From: Octopus sinensis
Taxonomy: Eukaryota
Direction of reading: 5' to 3'
Assembly (NCBI RefSeq): GCF_006345805.1
Contig: NC_043005.1
Coordinates: forward strand, 59,210,001-59,274,000
DNA: 64,000 nucleotides
The notes beneath the pieces were generated by a model. It saw only the letters and a program-made list of their open reading frames with translations. It had not been told where the DNA came from and made no database searches. Of this stretch, positions 38,192 through 52,169 are shown in pieces (the stretch's first letter is position 1; every line of letters starts with the position of its first letter). The position numbers and the translations under genes are program-made.

Positions 38192-38588
38192 GGCGCAGGA
38201 GTGGCTTTGTGGTAAGTAGCTTGCTAACCAACCACATGGTTGCGGGTTCAGTCCCACTGCGTGGCATCTTGGGCAAGTGTCTTCTGCTATAGCCCCGGGC
38301 CAACCAATGCCTTGTGAGTGGATTTGGTAGACGGAAACTGAAAGAAGCCTGTCGTATATATGTATATATATGTATATATGTGTGTGTGTGTTTGTCCCCC
38401 TAGCATTGCTTGACAACCGATGCTGGTGTGTCTACGTTCCCGCCACTTAGCAGTTCGGCAAAAGAGACCGATAGAATAAGTACTGGGCTTACAAAGAATA
38501 AGTTCCGGGGTCGATTTGATCGACTAAAGGCGGTGCTCCAGCATGGCCGCAGTCAAATGACTGAAACAAGTAAAAGAGTAAAGAGTAG
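38192..38588 (+). mobile_element. OK-type SINE, full length
   Basis: Family head, core and tail. Confidence 0.9.
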
Positions 38589-39177
38589 AGTAAAATACAT
38601 ATATATATCATCATCATCATCATCGTTTAGCGTCCGCTTTCCATGCTAGCATGGGTTGGACTATATATATATATATAATATAAATGATATATATAGATGC
38701 ATATATACATAGGTATATGTACATACCTACATTTGTACATATATATATATATATATAGGCATATGTGGGTACAGGACATCACGAAACGTGTACAACAAAA
38801 ATATACGAAGTACGAGTCCATGGAATATGTATTATTTTTTTTAACAATGAAAACGACAAATGGAAAACAAGACAAATAACATAAAGAACGGCCCCTCATC
38901 AGTTGTTGGCTGTTTTTCTACTCTCGTATTTTGAGCATTTAATGACAATATATGCTTTCCATAAAACAGTTGTTTCCCCAAAGCAAATTAAATAAAATTT
39001 GGGATTTTGCAGTGATTGAAAATTGGTAACACAAACAGCATATTGAGATATGCCCCACACCGCCACCACCACCACCACCCACCACAGAAGCCCCAAATTT
39101 GACAAGCTGTATATGGTATTTTTATGTCGTTTTAAATTGTTTTCATTGTTCACCTTTTCTTTTACTTTCCTTTTTAG

Positions 39178-39336
39178 CAAAAGATCTTGGAAGAGAATAT
39201 CTTTACAGTAAATCCAAAGAAAAGTGTTGTCCTGCCCGGTGAGTCAACGGATGTTACTCTATCTTACAACCATACTCACCTCGGAACTTACCGTCTTCCA
39301 GTGCTATTCAAGATGAAACACGGTAGAGAGATCCTT
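39178..39336 (+). CDS. CFAP65: CFAP65 exon (phase 0-0): QKILEENIFTVNPKKSVVLPGESTDVTLSYNHTHLGTYRLPVLFKMKHGREIL
   Basis: Acceptor cctttttAG, donor GTaagt; 159 nt. The LPVLFKxxHGREIL motif is characteristic of CFAP65. Confidence 0.92.
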
Positions 39337-39439
39337 GTAAGTAAATAACATTAGATTATTCAACATTGAGTTCATATTGCATCTTTATCCAACAAAATGG
39401 TTGTGCTGAAAACATTAAATTTCGCCCTTCTTTACAGCA

Positions 39440-39710
39440 TCAGCCACAGTATTTTTCTTTAAGCTAAGTACTTATTCAATCGTTTTCTTTTGCTGAACTG
39501 CTAGCTTACAGGAACATAAACCAACTCTGGCTTTGAAATGGAAGTGAGGGCAAACTACTCAAAGACATGTTCCCACGCACACACACACAGAGGATGGGCT
39601 TCTTTTAGGTTTCATCTTCCAAATCCTTTCAGAAGATTTTGGTCAACTTGGGAGCCCAAGATCACATGATTAGAAAACAAGCTTCTCAAACTCAGCTTCA
39701 CCTGCACCCA
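39440..39710 (-). mobile_element. Degenerate OK-type SINE
   Basis: Diverged reverse-complement match to the family core and head. Confidence 0.55.
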
Positions 39711-40802
39711 TGGTACTACTTTGAGTTTACTCAGCAGGAAATTTGGCAGATGTCACTAATTTAGAAATTAGAGTAAAGTTCAATTATGTTTTTCAAGAAC
39801 CACTGCTGAGTAGTGTGCTTAATTTGTTCACTGAACACTGCCGCGAATTCCCCCCTTGTTTTCCAAAAATCTCCCCTAAATCACAAAATAAATGCGAAGT
39901 GGGGAATGCGCCCTACTTTTCAAGTCCTGGCAGCAACACTGAAGCTGGAAGCAGGATAATAATCTAATTCTCCACTTCATCACATTCAAGAATATAAACA
40001 CGTTTTTAAGCACAACACATGTAAAGTCAAAAAGAAACACTACCTTTCACACGGCACTGTCATTCATGCAGTACTCTTTCTCCCCTGTATGACACTTCCT
40101 ATGTCAGACATGTGAGCATATGCATGACAGCCAAACACTGCATCGCTGGAACTGTGAAACACACAGTTCTATACAAGGATTTTTGTACTTTTTACGTAAA
40201 CTAGCGGATGGCTATTGACATTAAGCTTAAGGATTATATAATGTGCAAGTATAAAGAAAGAATTATAAAAAAAAGGATTTATTAGATTGAATGTTATCGA
40301 TAATATAAAGTGGAAATAAGGGGTGCTACATTCCACAGCTCCTATACATGAGCTGCCACTGGAGAAAGTGTTCCCAAATCTCTAATGTGTTTCTAAATGT
40401 AGTTGCTCAATCTGTAATTGGCCATGTACTCCTTTGATTTAGGAATGTTTATAGTGACATGTCATTTTTTGAGGATCTGTGGCAGAACAATTAAGGTAAA
40501 TTTGAAATGCGTTCTCCATAGTCTGTGATATTTTAAGAGGGCACTTATGTGTGATGATTTTATTCTATTTTAAAACTATTTAGTCATATACATTGAAAAC
40601 AGACTATATACATTATGATGTTTGCTGTATATCATTTACTTTCATTTGCTTATACAAAAAGTGACAAAAAGCAAGACGATATATATACACACATGTATTT
40701 TTGTATGTATGGCAAAATAAAGAAAGCATTTCATTAATCCTCCTTTAATAGTTGCCATTTGATGGAGTAGGCATTTGTATAATATATATATATGTATGTG
40801 TG

Positions 40803-41088
40803 TCCGTTGCCAGCCTCGCCTGGCCCTCGTGCCGGTGGCACATAAAAAGCACCATCCGTTCGTGGCCGTTTGCCAGCTCTGTCTGGCACCTGTGCGGGTG
40901 GCACGTATAAAGCACCCACTACACTCATGGAGTGGTTGGCGTTAGGAAGGGCATCCAGCCGTAGAAACACTGCCAGATTTGACTGGGCCTGATGAAGCCT
41001 TCTGGCTTCACAGACCCCAGTAGAACCGTCCAACCCATGCTAGCATGGAAAACGGACGCTAAACGATGATGATGATGATGATGATGAT
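40803..41088 (+). mobile_element. Meta-core SINE-like repeat
   Basis: Same family. Tail-only fragments lie at about 3977-4040 (+) and 38608-38661 (-). Confidence 0.75.
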
Positions 41089-42137
41089 ATATATATATGA
41101 GTGTATATATATGTATGTATATGAGTATATATATGTGTATGTGTGTATGTAATTACCTCTATATATGAACATAGGTGTTTCTTTTGGTGTTTCAGTGCAC
41201 TTGATTATTAAAGAGGTAAAGTTTAGATGTGTAAGATGTATATATTTTCAAACAGTGACATTTTTGCTTAACATTGCTAAAAGCACTTTTCTCTTCTGTT
41301 TACTTGTTTAATTATTGTTCTTTGTTGATATTGGTTAGCGGAATTCTAAGATTTCAACTGACATATCATTTTAACGATTCTAGTGTTATCATTGAATCAT
41401 ATGTGGCATGTCAGGTTCAACTGTTTATTTTTTAAGGCAATCAAAGACAGGTGGAGGGAGAGAGAGTGAGAGGAAAAAAAGAAAGTGGGGGAAAGACAGT
41501 GAGAGATAGGAGAGGAGGAGAAAGAGGAGGAGGAGAGAGGGAGAGACAGTTTGCATCACATTTCTTAGTAAAACGCACATGATGACTTAAACACACATGA
41601 GCTGACATTGGAGTACATGAGCAATCCTACCCATCCCTAAACCCACATACACAGGTGAGTATATAATTTAACCGGTGACATACTGAAGGACAAATGAAAG
41701 ACGTTTTCGATAAATTGAAATTTATCCCTTATATATACTTGCACGCACACTCACACGTGTTTGTGTATGCGTGATTGTATGTAAAATAATTTGACATGCA
41801 CCTATACGCATCTATATCAATAAATATGCATTTAGACACGCACACACGCACACACACACACACTCTCTCTCTCACATATGTTTACACAGATTCATAGACA
41901 TACATGCCTGTAAGCTGATGCTAGCTGCAAACTGAAGGCATGATCACATGTATGTTCAAAATGGCAAAAATCCACCATGTAGAAATAACCTTACTGCCAC
42001 CTTTGATAGCTTGTCAAGTCCAACTAAAATCAAAGTTGTCTTATAACACTTCCCCATTCATACTGATATAAATTAATCTCTGTATATCTATATATATATA
42101 TATACACACACACATGCATGTGTGCATATGTAGATAT

Positions 42138-43040
42138 ATTCTTTTATTGTTTTACTTGTTCCAGTCCTTTTTTTTACTCGTGGCCATTCTGGAGCACCAC
42201 TTTTTCAGTCGAAGAAGTCAACCCCTTGGACTTATTCTTAGTAAGTCTAGTATTTATTCTATTGGTCTCTTTGCCGATCCACTGAATTACGAGGATGTAA
42301 ACACACCAACATCAGTTGTCAAACGATGGTAGTGGTGGTGGGGGGGGGGCACAAACACAGATGCAGACAAAAACACACAAATATATGCAGTATATAAGAG
42401 CTTCTTTCAGTTTCCGTCTACCAAATTCACTCACAAGGCTTTGGTTAGCCTGAGACTTATAATAGAAGACACTTGCCCAAGGTGCCAGGCAGTGGGACTG
42501 AAGCCCAAACCATGTGGTCGGTAATCAAGCTTTTCACCATACAACCATGTCTGCACCCTGTACATATATTCTTTCATTATTTACTTGTTTCAGTCATTTG
42601 ACTGTGACCATGCTGGGGCACTGCCATTTATCGAGAAAATTGATTAAATAGGTACTAGTAAGCTTAGTACTTATTCTATCAGTCTCTTTTGCCAAACTGT
42701 AAACACACCAGCATCAGTTGTCAAGTGATGCTGGGGTGACAAACACAGACACACAAGCATACACACACACACACACATACACACACACACACACGTACGA
42801 CAGCCTTCTTTCAGTTTCCGTCTGCCAAATCCACTCACAAGGCTTTGGTTGGCCTGAGGCTGTCGTAGAAGACACTTGCATCTCAATGTACTGCCCATTG
42901 CCCATGGTAGATTGACGTTCCAGAAAATCAAACAGAATGAAAACCTTGTAATCACAAAACACAATCTTCATAAGTTTCTGTTCTGGAATCATATGGTTGG
43001 TAAGTAAGCTACTTACCACACAGCCACTCCTGCGTCTACA
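42138..43040 (-). mobile_element. Cluster of two to three OK-type SINEs
   Basis: Reverse-complement copies at about 42138-42556 and 42565-43040. Confidence 0.85.
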
Positions 43041-43182
43041 CACACACACACACACACACATACATCTTCAGGCACTGTTGTCATGTGGATTGTGTGATTT
43101 GTGCTACTCTTGTGTAATCATCTTCTGATACAGTTTGAGAATGAAAAATGTCTTGTGGGTGAAAGTTGTTCAGTGGAAACTA

Positions 43183-43242
43183 CAGTCTTCTGTTTTCTAA
43201 AATCATATGTATGTATGTATGATTTTAGAAAACAGAAGACTG
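43183..43242. repeat. Perfect 25-bp-arm hairpin
   Basis: cagtcttctgttttctaaaatcata / tatgattttagaaaacagaagactg with a 10-nt loop. Confidence 0.95.
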
Positions 43243-43779
43243 CACATCAAACGATAAAATAAGAACCTGTAATTAAATATAATTTTTGTGTCTCATTAAC
43301 AATGAATGAATATCAGTTATATAATTAAAATCTTATAAGCTGATGGCATTGTCAAATCTTCAGAGATTGCGTTGCTGATTTCAGCATTGTTACTACTGAT
43401 ATTTTCCTGTGATTCCTGACTTTTCTTATTGGTGTTGTTTTTATTGTTGCATTGTTGGTTATGGTTACGTATGGTTCACAATGGAAATAGGAAGGAGAAG
43501 GTGTAGGACATTCTTTTCATAGGCATTGTTCTAAAAGTCATCTGTACCCTGCCTCAGTGACACAATGCAATTTTATGTCAAACTATGCAAGTTTGTACTT
43601 TTGAAATAATAGCTGAAAGGCTGAAAATACTAGAAAACTGATCAGCTCTTCAGAAAGCGGGTCAGCATAATAACAAAAGTGTTTAACAATATCAACAAAT
43701 GGAATTTATCAAATAAACAAACTAAACGATAACTTACAAATGAATTTTAAGTACATGCCACTTGGACACAATAATAACA

Positions 43780-44190
43780 ATGATTTCAAATTTTGCCACA
43801 AGGACAGCAATTTTGGGGGAGGGGATGAGTCGATTACATTAACCCCAGGGTTCAACTGGCACTTATTTTATTGACCCTGAAACGATGAAAGGCAAAAACG
43901 ACCTCAGCGGAATTTGAACTCAGAACATAAGGATAGACGAAATACCTTTTTCTTTACTACCCTACCTATTTATTTACTACCCACAAGGAGCTAAACACAG
44001 AGAGGACAAACAAGGACAGACAAACGGATTAAGTCGATTATATCGACCCCAGTGCATAACTGGTACTTATTTAATCGACCCCGAAAGGATGAAAGGCAAA
44101 GTCAACCTCGGCGGAATTTGAACTCAGAACGTAGCGGCAGATGAAATACCACTAAGTATTTTGTCAGGCACAGTAACAATTCTGCTTCAA
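43780..44190 (-). mobile_element. Deu/Nin-core SINE, long-tail unit followed by short-tail body
   Basis: Two cores; second restarts at ggtattt. Confidence 0.85.
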
Positions 44191-44777
44191 TATAATAACA
44201 ACAAAAACAAGAACTACAACAATAATGATATTTCTTTCTTAATCACAAGGAAACGATACAATGAAATATGATGAATGTTAAACAGAAGTCTTACAAAAAT
44301 GTGTGAGAGAGGTCAAAAAATATGCAAAGAAGAGGTGAAGGTGAAAGGCAGTTATACAATTAATGAAGGGATGAGTTAAAAATTTATGAAACACAAGTAA
44401 TTACACTGAAAGTAAATTGAAAATGTATAATAAATCACACAAAAATTAATGCAAGTTATAATTAAACAGAAAAGAAGAAAAACATAGCAGTCCACATAAA
44501 GGAAATGTTGAACATGAAAATAATTTTAACGATAATGAAGACAGCAACAACAACAACACTCACTTTCTGAAAAACTTGTTAGAGAATACATAGAAGAATG
44601 GTAATGTCAAAGAAACAAGTTTTGCTTCTGTTGTAATTCAAAAAGAACTTTTTCGACTTAACGCTTGACAACCACTTGAAAGCCTTTGGTCTGAGTTTTT
44701 GGTCCTGAATATACAATAGACATTTACCATAAGCCTGATTCCACTCAACTGAGAAAATATCTCCAGTTATCTTGTGT

Positions 44778-45127
44778 AGACGCAAGAGTGGCTGTGTGGT
44801 AAGTAGGTTGCTGACCAACCACATGGTTCCCAGTTCAGTCCTACTGTGTGGCACCTTGGGCAAGTGTCTTCTACTATAGCCTTGGGCCAACCAAAGCCTT
44901 GTGAGTGGATTTGGTAGACGGAAACTGAAAGAAGGCTGTCGTATATATGTATATATATATATGTATGTGTGTATGTTTGTGTGTCTGTGTTTGTCCCCCA
45001 GCATCGCTTCACAACCGATGCTAGTGTGTTTACGTCCCCGTAACTTAGCAGTTCGGCAAAAGAGATCGATAGAATAAGTACTAGGCTTCCAAAGAATAAG
45101 TCCTGGGGTCGATTTGCTCGACTAAAT
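44778..45127 (+). mobile_element. OK-type SINE, 3'-truncated
   Basis: Family head and core. Confidence 0.9.
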
Positions 45128-45884
45128 TAGAGGACTAAAGACTCTACTAATTGACTAGTGCTGTATTTCGTTAACCGTAGAGGAACGAAAAACGAAGGTG
45201 AACTTGGTAGTATTTGAATTCAGAATGCAAATAGGTTGAGCAGATACTGCAAGACATTTTTCTCGTGCTCTAATGATTCAGCCAATCCAATGCGCTAAAG
45301 ATAACTGTTTCCTATTTAAGCACAAGGCCAGCAGTTTTGAAGGGAGGGGCTAATCGATAATATAGACCATAAAAGTTGACTGCAACTTTATCATTTTCGA
45401 AATTCAAAAAATGAAAGACGAAAATATCAACCTCTGTGGATTTTGAACTCAGAATGTAAAAGGCATTCGCTAACAACCACAAGACATTCTGCTTGATAAT
45501 ATGTCAATTCTCAGAAGAAAAAAAACGTTTTTTTTTCTTTTCTTTCGTTATATATTACCCGATATGAATGTCAGTGAAGAAAAGCAAGCAATTTTGATTA
45601 ATAATAATAATAACAATAATAATAATAATAATGATAATAACGACGGTAATGATGATGATTTAGGGTAAATTTATGATGCAGTCGTTAATGTTAAGTGGTT
45701 TGTACACACGGGAATTGTTTGGCAATAGTAAATTATATTGCTGTCAAAATGGTATTTTAGCGGGCAATTAGCTATAAGTATATTAGAAATATTCAGGGAA
45801 TACTTATTACCAACCACAATACAGCGTTAAAATATCATTATCACTAAGAAAATCAGTTATGCACTTTCAAGAAATGAACTTAAC

Positions 45885-47191
45885 GTGGCGTGTCTGGGGT
45901 TAGGTAGAAAATATTCGACCGATCAGACTTTCTGATATATAAGATATTTAAGGTTAATTCAAGTTTTTGAATATTTGTTTCTGAAATGATTGCGGTGTGT
46001 GTGATGTGAGTAAAATCACAGCACAGTGCAAAGTAAGCTTCGGGAAAGTTAAGACAACATCACGGTTGTTGTAGTAGTTGTTGTTTATGATGCTGTTGTT
46101 ATTGTTTGGTGACATGGTGGTCTTTTGCTGGTTTGAACTTACCTATGATGAAAAGGCTTACATGTCCTTGGGAAGCAAACTTCTTACCGCACAGCCACGC
46201 CTACGCCTTTACCTTATATAAATAAATTATCTTGGAGCTTGCTGAACTATCAGTTATAGTTCTGCCTACGCATGACACTATGATTACCCTTCACCAGGCA
46301 TTTGCTATATTCTGAACGCCTTACTTCCCTGGGCATGGATACATTGAAACTTCGACGTCTGGCAGCTGACTGGCAGACACCCATAAAATTATTAACCATC
46401 TTACAAACAATAACTCTGAGCACTTTTCCAAACTCCACCTGGACATGTTTACAAAGTCAGAAAACAGCACAGCTCCCATGACTTTCGGAAACATTTTTTC
46501 AAGCTAAGAGTTGCTGAAGCATGGAACAAACTGCTGGTATCAGTTGTTAGTTGTCGGAGCACTGCATCGTTCAAAACTTCCATGCTTCCTGAGATTCACC
46601 AACACTGCACCTGATTTCCTCCCCTCCATACACACACAAGCATGTATCTGACTCATACATTGTTCGCTTTCCAGACATTTATACATTACTGCATATACTT
46701 TATACGCACTTTTGACAAGTTGTGGTGCACCTGAGCACTGTATACAATAATTTCATTATTATTAACTCATTTTAAAACCAAGAGAGTTTTTTTGAAAATC
46801 TGTTTAAAATATACGTATTGCACCTAGCTTAGATACTTTATTTCTAAGAAACATTATGACCCCCATTAAACACTTAGCTGACTCTATAACGCCCCTTGGC
46901 ATTTCCCCGTCTCTTTGTGAGCTTTGTGGCGTGCCTGAGGTTAGGTAGAAAATATTCGACTGATGAGACTTTCTGATATATAAAATATTTAAGGTTAATT
47001 CAAGTTTTTGAATATTTGTTTCTGAAATGATTGCGTTGTGTGTGATGTGAGTAAAATCACAGCACAGTGCAAAGTAAGCTTCAGGAAAGTTAAGACATCA
47101 CGGTTGTTGCTGTTGTTGATGCTGTTGTTATTGTTTAGTGACGTGGTGGTCTTTTGTTGGTTTGACCTTGCCTATGATCAAACGGCTTACA
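45885..47191. repeat. ~270-280-bp diverged direct repeats (45885-46163, 46926-47191) flanking a SINE fragment and CR1 3' end
   Basis: Shared ggttaggtagaaaatattcgac...ggcttaca. Confidence 0.9.
46253..46765 (+). mobile_element. CR1-clade LINE 3' end
   Basis: LADTHKIINHLTNNNSEH...FFKLRVAEAWNKL..SVVSCRSTASFKTSML, a 3' UTR, and an (ATT)n tail. Confidence 0.8.
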
Positions 47192-47611
47192 TTCGTGACC
47201 ATCCCGTCTTCTCACATACGCACACGAAAAAAACAAAAACAAAAAGAAAACAAACAAACAAAAGTACAGCCAGCCACCAAACACAAATCAATATGACTTG
47301 GAAACATGTATCGTACTTTTGCTAATTGTTTCAAGTCCTTGTGAAGTCGCGAGCAAATGTAGACACATTCTTGGTCACCTCACACTTGACGTAGCTGACC
47401 ATCTATGGCGTGACAACTAGAGACAGAGTAGGGTGCGTCAACACTCGATTGATATACATTGCAGATGAGTTGCTGTCTTGGGCAAGGCTGAAATGAATGA
47501 AAGAGACTCGGTTGCTAATACAAATACTCTATTCACACTTGTCTGGTGGTATGAAAAACAGGCTACCCCTTGACTGAAATACAAGGGTGTCGCTATATCT
47601 AACATTCTTTC

Positions 47612-48013
47612 TTTCTTTTATTCTTTTACTTGTTTCAGTCATTTGTCTGCGGCCATGTTGGAGCACCGCCCTTAGTCGAGCAAATCGACCCCCAGGACTT
47701 ATTCTTTGTAAGCCTAGTACTTATTCTATCGGTCTCTTTTGCCGAACTGCTAAGTTACGGGGACGTAAACACACCAGCATCGGTTGTCAAGCGATGTTGG
47801 GGGGACAAATGCAGACATACAAACATACATACACATACATATATAAACATACATACGACGGGCTTCTTTCAGTTTCCGTCTACCAAATCTACTCACAAGG
47901 CTTTGGTTGACCCGAGACTATAGTAGAAGACACTTGCCCGAGGTGCCACGCAGTGGGACTGAACCCAGAAACATATAGTTAGGAAGCAAGCTACTTACCA
48001 CACAGCCACTCCT
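47612..48013 (-). mobile_element. OK-type SINE
   Basis: Reverse complement of the family. Confidence 0.9.
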
Positions 48014-48120
48014 AAGTAAATTTAAAATAATTATCCGAAGCTGGACCACAGAAAACGATGACAAGATACCAGCAAAGGAGATCAGTTAACTTTCGAGTGT
48101 AAAAAATGGTAAAGACTCAC

Positions 48121-48430
48121 TTCTGTCATGAATGACCATGGAATTGCACCTAGAAAGTTACCCTTCAAGGCACGCACAAGTCTGGGCAAGGTTGTTTATT
48201 GAAGACCAGCAGTTGCCCATACATACCAGCCTCTCCTCTCCACTCCACGTCTCTGAAGATATCCAAAGGCTGATACAACTTGACACCAGTGATGTCGCAA
48301 CTCATTTCTACAGCTGAGTGAACTGGAGCAACATAGAATAAAGAACATAATACACAGCCCGGTCCTGGAATCGAACTCACTATTTCATGCTTGTGAGCCC
48401 AACTCTCTAACCACTGAACCATGCGATATC
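48121..48430 (-). mobile_element. tRNA-derived SINE (V/CORE-like)
   Basis: gcatggttcagtggttagagagttgggctcacaagc head; same tail as 50885 and 51196 copies. A tail fragment lies at about 22805-22940. Confidence 0.8.
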
Positions 48431-48859
48431 TCCTATTTACAGTCATTGTTGCCTAATGCTGGCTTGCCTATTATTGTGTCCAATGAGTCCTTCAAATTTT
48501 TTTAAGTTGGTAAGATTTAACTTAAGGGAACTTTGACTGCTCTTTTCAGGTGAGGCAACCAGGATGAGCTTCTTCTGTTGGTATCCAAACCAAAACACCA
48601 GTGTTTTTAGAGTACAATGTTGTTTTTTGTTTCACTTAAAACAATTATCAATTTGAAGGTCATTTGGCTACTATTTCTAGAAGATCGGTCGAACTTGTTG
48701 ATACTCTCCCCTGCTTTTATTGGCTGATAATAACTAATTCCTTTCAAATGCATCACTTAATATTAGAAATCGCATCCGGTTGATGTATGCAGAATGTAAG
48801 GTTAGTTACGTCATCAGCTTTTAATATCTGGTTTTAGCTTTTTCCATTCAACAGATACA

Positions 48860-49085
48860 CACACATATATATATATATATACACATATATTTATGTATGC
48901 ATATATATTTATGTATGCATATATATTCATGTATGCATGTAAATATATTTATGTATGTATGTATATATATATATTCTCTCTCTCGCACTCTCTCTCTCCC
49001 CCTCTCTCTCTCTGTATGTGTGTGTAGTTTCGTTACTTACTTACATATATTCATATGTATGTATGCATATATTTATGTATGTATG

Positions 49086-49140
<55 letters not shown>

Positions 49141-49340
49141 ATATATATATGTATGCATATATATTTATGTATGCATATATATTTATGTATGCATATATAT
49201 TTATGTATGCATATATATTGATGTATGCATGTATATATATTTATGTATGTATGTATGTATATATATATATTCTCTCTCTCGCACTCTCTCTCTCTCTCTC
49301 TCTCCCTCTCTCTCTCTGTATGTGTGTGTAGTTTCGTTGA
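48860..49340. repeat. Compound microsatellite with a duplicated ~90-bp block and atatatttatgtatgc minisatellite
   Basis: ttctctctctcgcactctc...tgtatgtgtgtgtagtttcgtt occurs twice (about 48945-49034 and 49241-49339). Confidence 0.8.
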
Positions 49341-50884
49341 TGTTCTTCGCACGAAACTCTCGTCCTTAAAGTCATATTTGTAACTTTTCTAGCAAGAATA
49401 CATACATATGCATATAATAAGTATCTATATGTGTCTGTCTATTGCAGTAATAATCCAGTTATTATCTGTTCATAACTTATGATTTCACTTCTATCAAGAT
49501 TAAAAATTCAGTGGCACCATTCAAATTCATTATAATATGTTGAATTTTAATCAGTGGCATCTTCATATCATGTACATAATGAGTTTTCTAGCAAGAAGCT
49601 GTTTTATCGTTCAAAACTGTTACTTAAATCATTTACTACAATGATGCCATAAATACAGAACCATTACAAATTTTGAGACATTTTCTATTATAATTCTAAA
49701 TATGACGAATATCGACTGCGCTTTTCAGCCTTTCAGTGTCAATTAAGCAAGTGCTCGTTATAATTGTAATTAAGTAACTCTTTAATATTCAGATAACTTT
49801 AAATTCCTATTGATCTTTTATCTTTTATCTTTTATCCCTCACTTGTTTCAGTCATTTGACTGTGGCCATGCTGGGGCCATGCTACCTTGAAAGGCTTTAG
49901 TCGAACAAATCAACCGTAGGACTTATTTTTTTTAACGACTAGTACTTATTTTATCGGACGGTTTTGCCGAACCGTTAGTTCCCCAGGGACGTAAGCACAC
50001 CAACACTGGTTATCGAGTGGTAGTGGGAAGATCTTCCGTAGGCGCGTAGTATTTATCAAAGCTATTCCAGTTAAAGCATCCAGCCTATTTCAAAGCAAAG
50101 AGAGGTTTGGCTGCTATTTTCAGAAGATAAAGCAACCACGTAGAACAATAGTTCTTAAATAGTGTGTCGTGCATTAAAAAATGTAATTTATAAAATCAAT
50201 ACTAATGCGCTTGATTGCTTTTTTAAAACTGTGATGTTCATTCATAATTTTTCTAAAAAGAACTACAACGAATAAACAAGGCGAGCAATAGTTCTACGTT
50301 TCTTTTTGCACCTCTTCTGCTATTACTACTCGTGCTGCTGTTATTATTGCTACTACAGTTATTCTATATTATCTGCTACCTGAACGAGAAGCATCTGTTC
50401 TTTATGATTTGTATCTTCATCCAATGGGATTAGAGAGACGGTTGTCGTACGCACCAACTTCTACTGTGTTATGTCTGTTATGTAAGATAATTGCCAATTT
50501 GTTCACTGCTATTGTATTTACACTTAGCTGCTACCTTTTTCAAGATATACCGATGAAATTCCGTAAAAACGAATAACATTGTAACGAATTCTTTAATGCA
50601 AAACATTTCTTTCAAATTCTCAGCCACACTGTTGAACAAATGGTGTCGGTTTGCTAGTGAGAAGAGATCGGCTAACAGAAAATGTATCAGACTTAAATCA
50701 GTACAGCTGTTGATTTTATCGTTTAACCCTTTAAAACCGTACCCCTGTAGAACCACAGTGCAATAACTGAAACAAGTAGAAGATTTAAAGAACATTGTCA
50801 CTCAATTCGGTAATGAATATCTAAATATGTTATGTCCGTGAAACCAGCATTATATATGTAACATAGAGTGCCTTTAGAGGGTAA

Positions 50885-51497
50885 CGTCCCCCTTTGGGCA
50901 TGAATGACTATAGGATTGCACCGAGAAAATTACCCTCCGAGGCATAAGTCGGGGCAAGGTTGTTTATGGAAGACTAGCAGTCGTCCATGTATATACCAAC
51001 CTCCCTTCTCCACGCCACCGATGTTATGCAAAGGAAAGGCAAAGGCCGATACAGCTTGGAGCCAATGACGTTGCAACTCATTTCTACAGCTGAATGAACT
51101 GGAGCAACCGGTCCGGGAATTGAACTCGCTACCTAATGAAATTGAGCCCGATGCCCTAACCACTGAGTCATGCACCTTCAGTACGTGTATCCGAGACCCC
51201 CTTCGGTCACGACACTGACCATGGGATTGCACCTAGAAAGTTACCCTCCTAGTCACAAGTCTGGGCAAGGTGGTTTATGGAAGACCAGCAGTCGCCCATG
51301 CATACCGGCCTCCCCTCTCCACGCCACCAGTGTTATCCAAGGGAAAGGCAACTCATTTCTACAGCTGAGTGAACTGGAGCAGCGTGAAATAAAGTGTCTT
51401 GCTCAAGAACACAACACGCAGCCCGGTCCGGGATTCAAGCTCACAACCTCACGATCGTAAGCTCGACGCTCTAACCACTGAGCCATGCGCCTTCACG
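50885..51497 (-). mobile_element. Head-to-tail pair of tRNA-derived V/CORE-like SINEs
   Basis: Two copies at about 50885-51178 and 51196-51497. Confidence 0.85.
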
Positions 51498-52169
51498 TGT
51501 ATAAACAGGACTAATTTAGCTGTTTCACTGTAGATTGAAAGAAAAGATATAAAAGACCTAAATCAATTTTCGAATATTATTGAATTCTCATCAGTGGCAT
51601 CTACATGAATTCGATCAGTTCCAGAGAAACGATCAGCCAATTTGTTTATATACTCAACTATTACAGTAGCTGCAGAAGACCGGCGCTACTAATTTGCATA
51701 CCATACGTGTTAACACTTTATTTTAAATATCAGGAGCATGTCAACGCAGTTCACAGTATCAAGTTATGGTATAGCATATGTAACCTATGTAGTATCTTTA
51801 TAAAGAGGACAAAAAATTTTGTTGTGTCGCTGTACACTAAAAAAAAAATGATGAACAATTTGAATCGGCTTGTTAGGGTAGAGAAAGGATAGCATGCCTG
51901 TAATTTGTTTGTTGATTAGAAACAGTTCATTGTAGCATTCCATTTCACAAATGATGGATTTAGCTGGATCTAAACGTTAAGAAGCGTATGTTTGATAACA
52001 GTTTGCAGAAAACTGTGAATATATGAAGAAGCTATTATTGGAATATTTTAATAAGTCATTATTGCTTAACCCCAGTCAGCCCCGACCGAACAAATACGTC
52101 ACAAATGGCATGCTATGCGTGCACGTCCCATTTGCTTTGTATATTGTAGACATCATTGTATAATGTAGG

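Noticed and set aside
38880-38940. Minus-strand CUGAUGA in a probable repeat
   Set aside because: I could not build stems II and III with a GAAA and UH site in any topology.
46960-46967. CUGAUGAG hammerhead core
   Set aside because: No GAAA closing a stem II, and the paralogous repeat copy reads ccgatcag.
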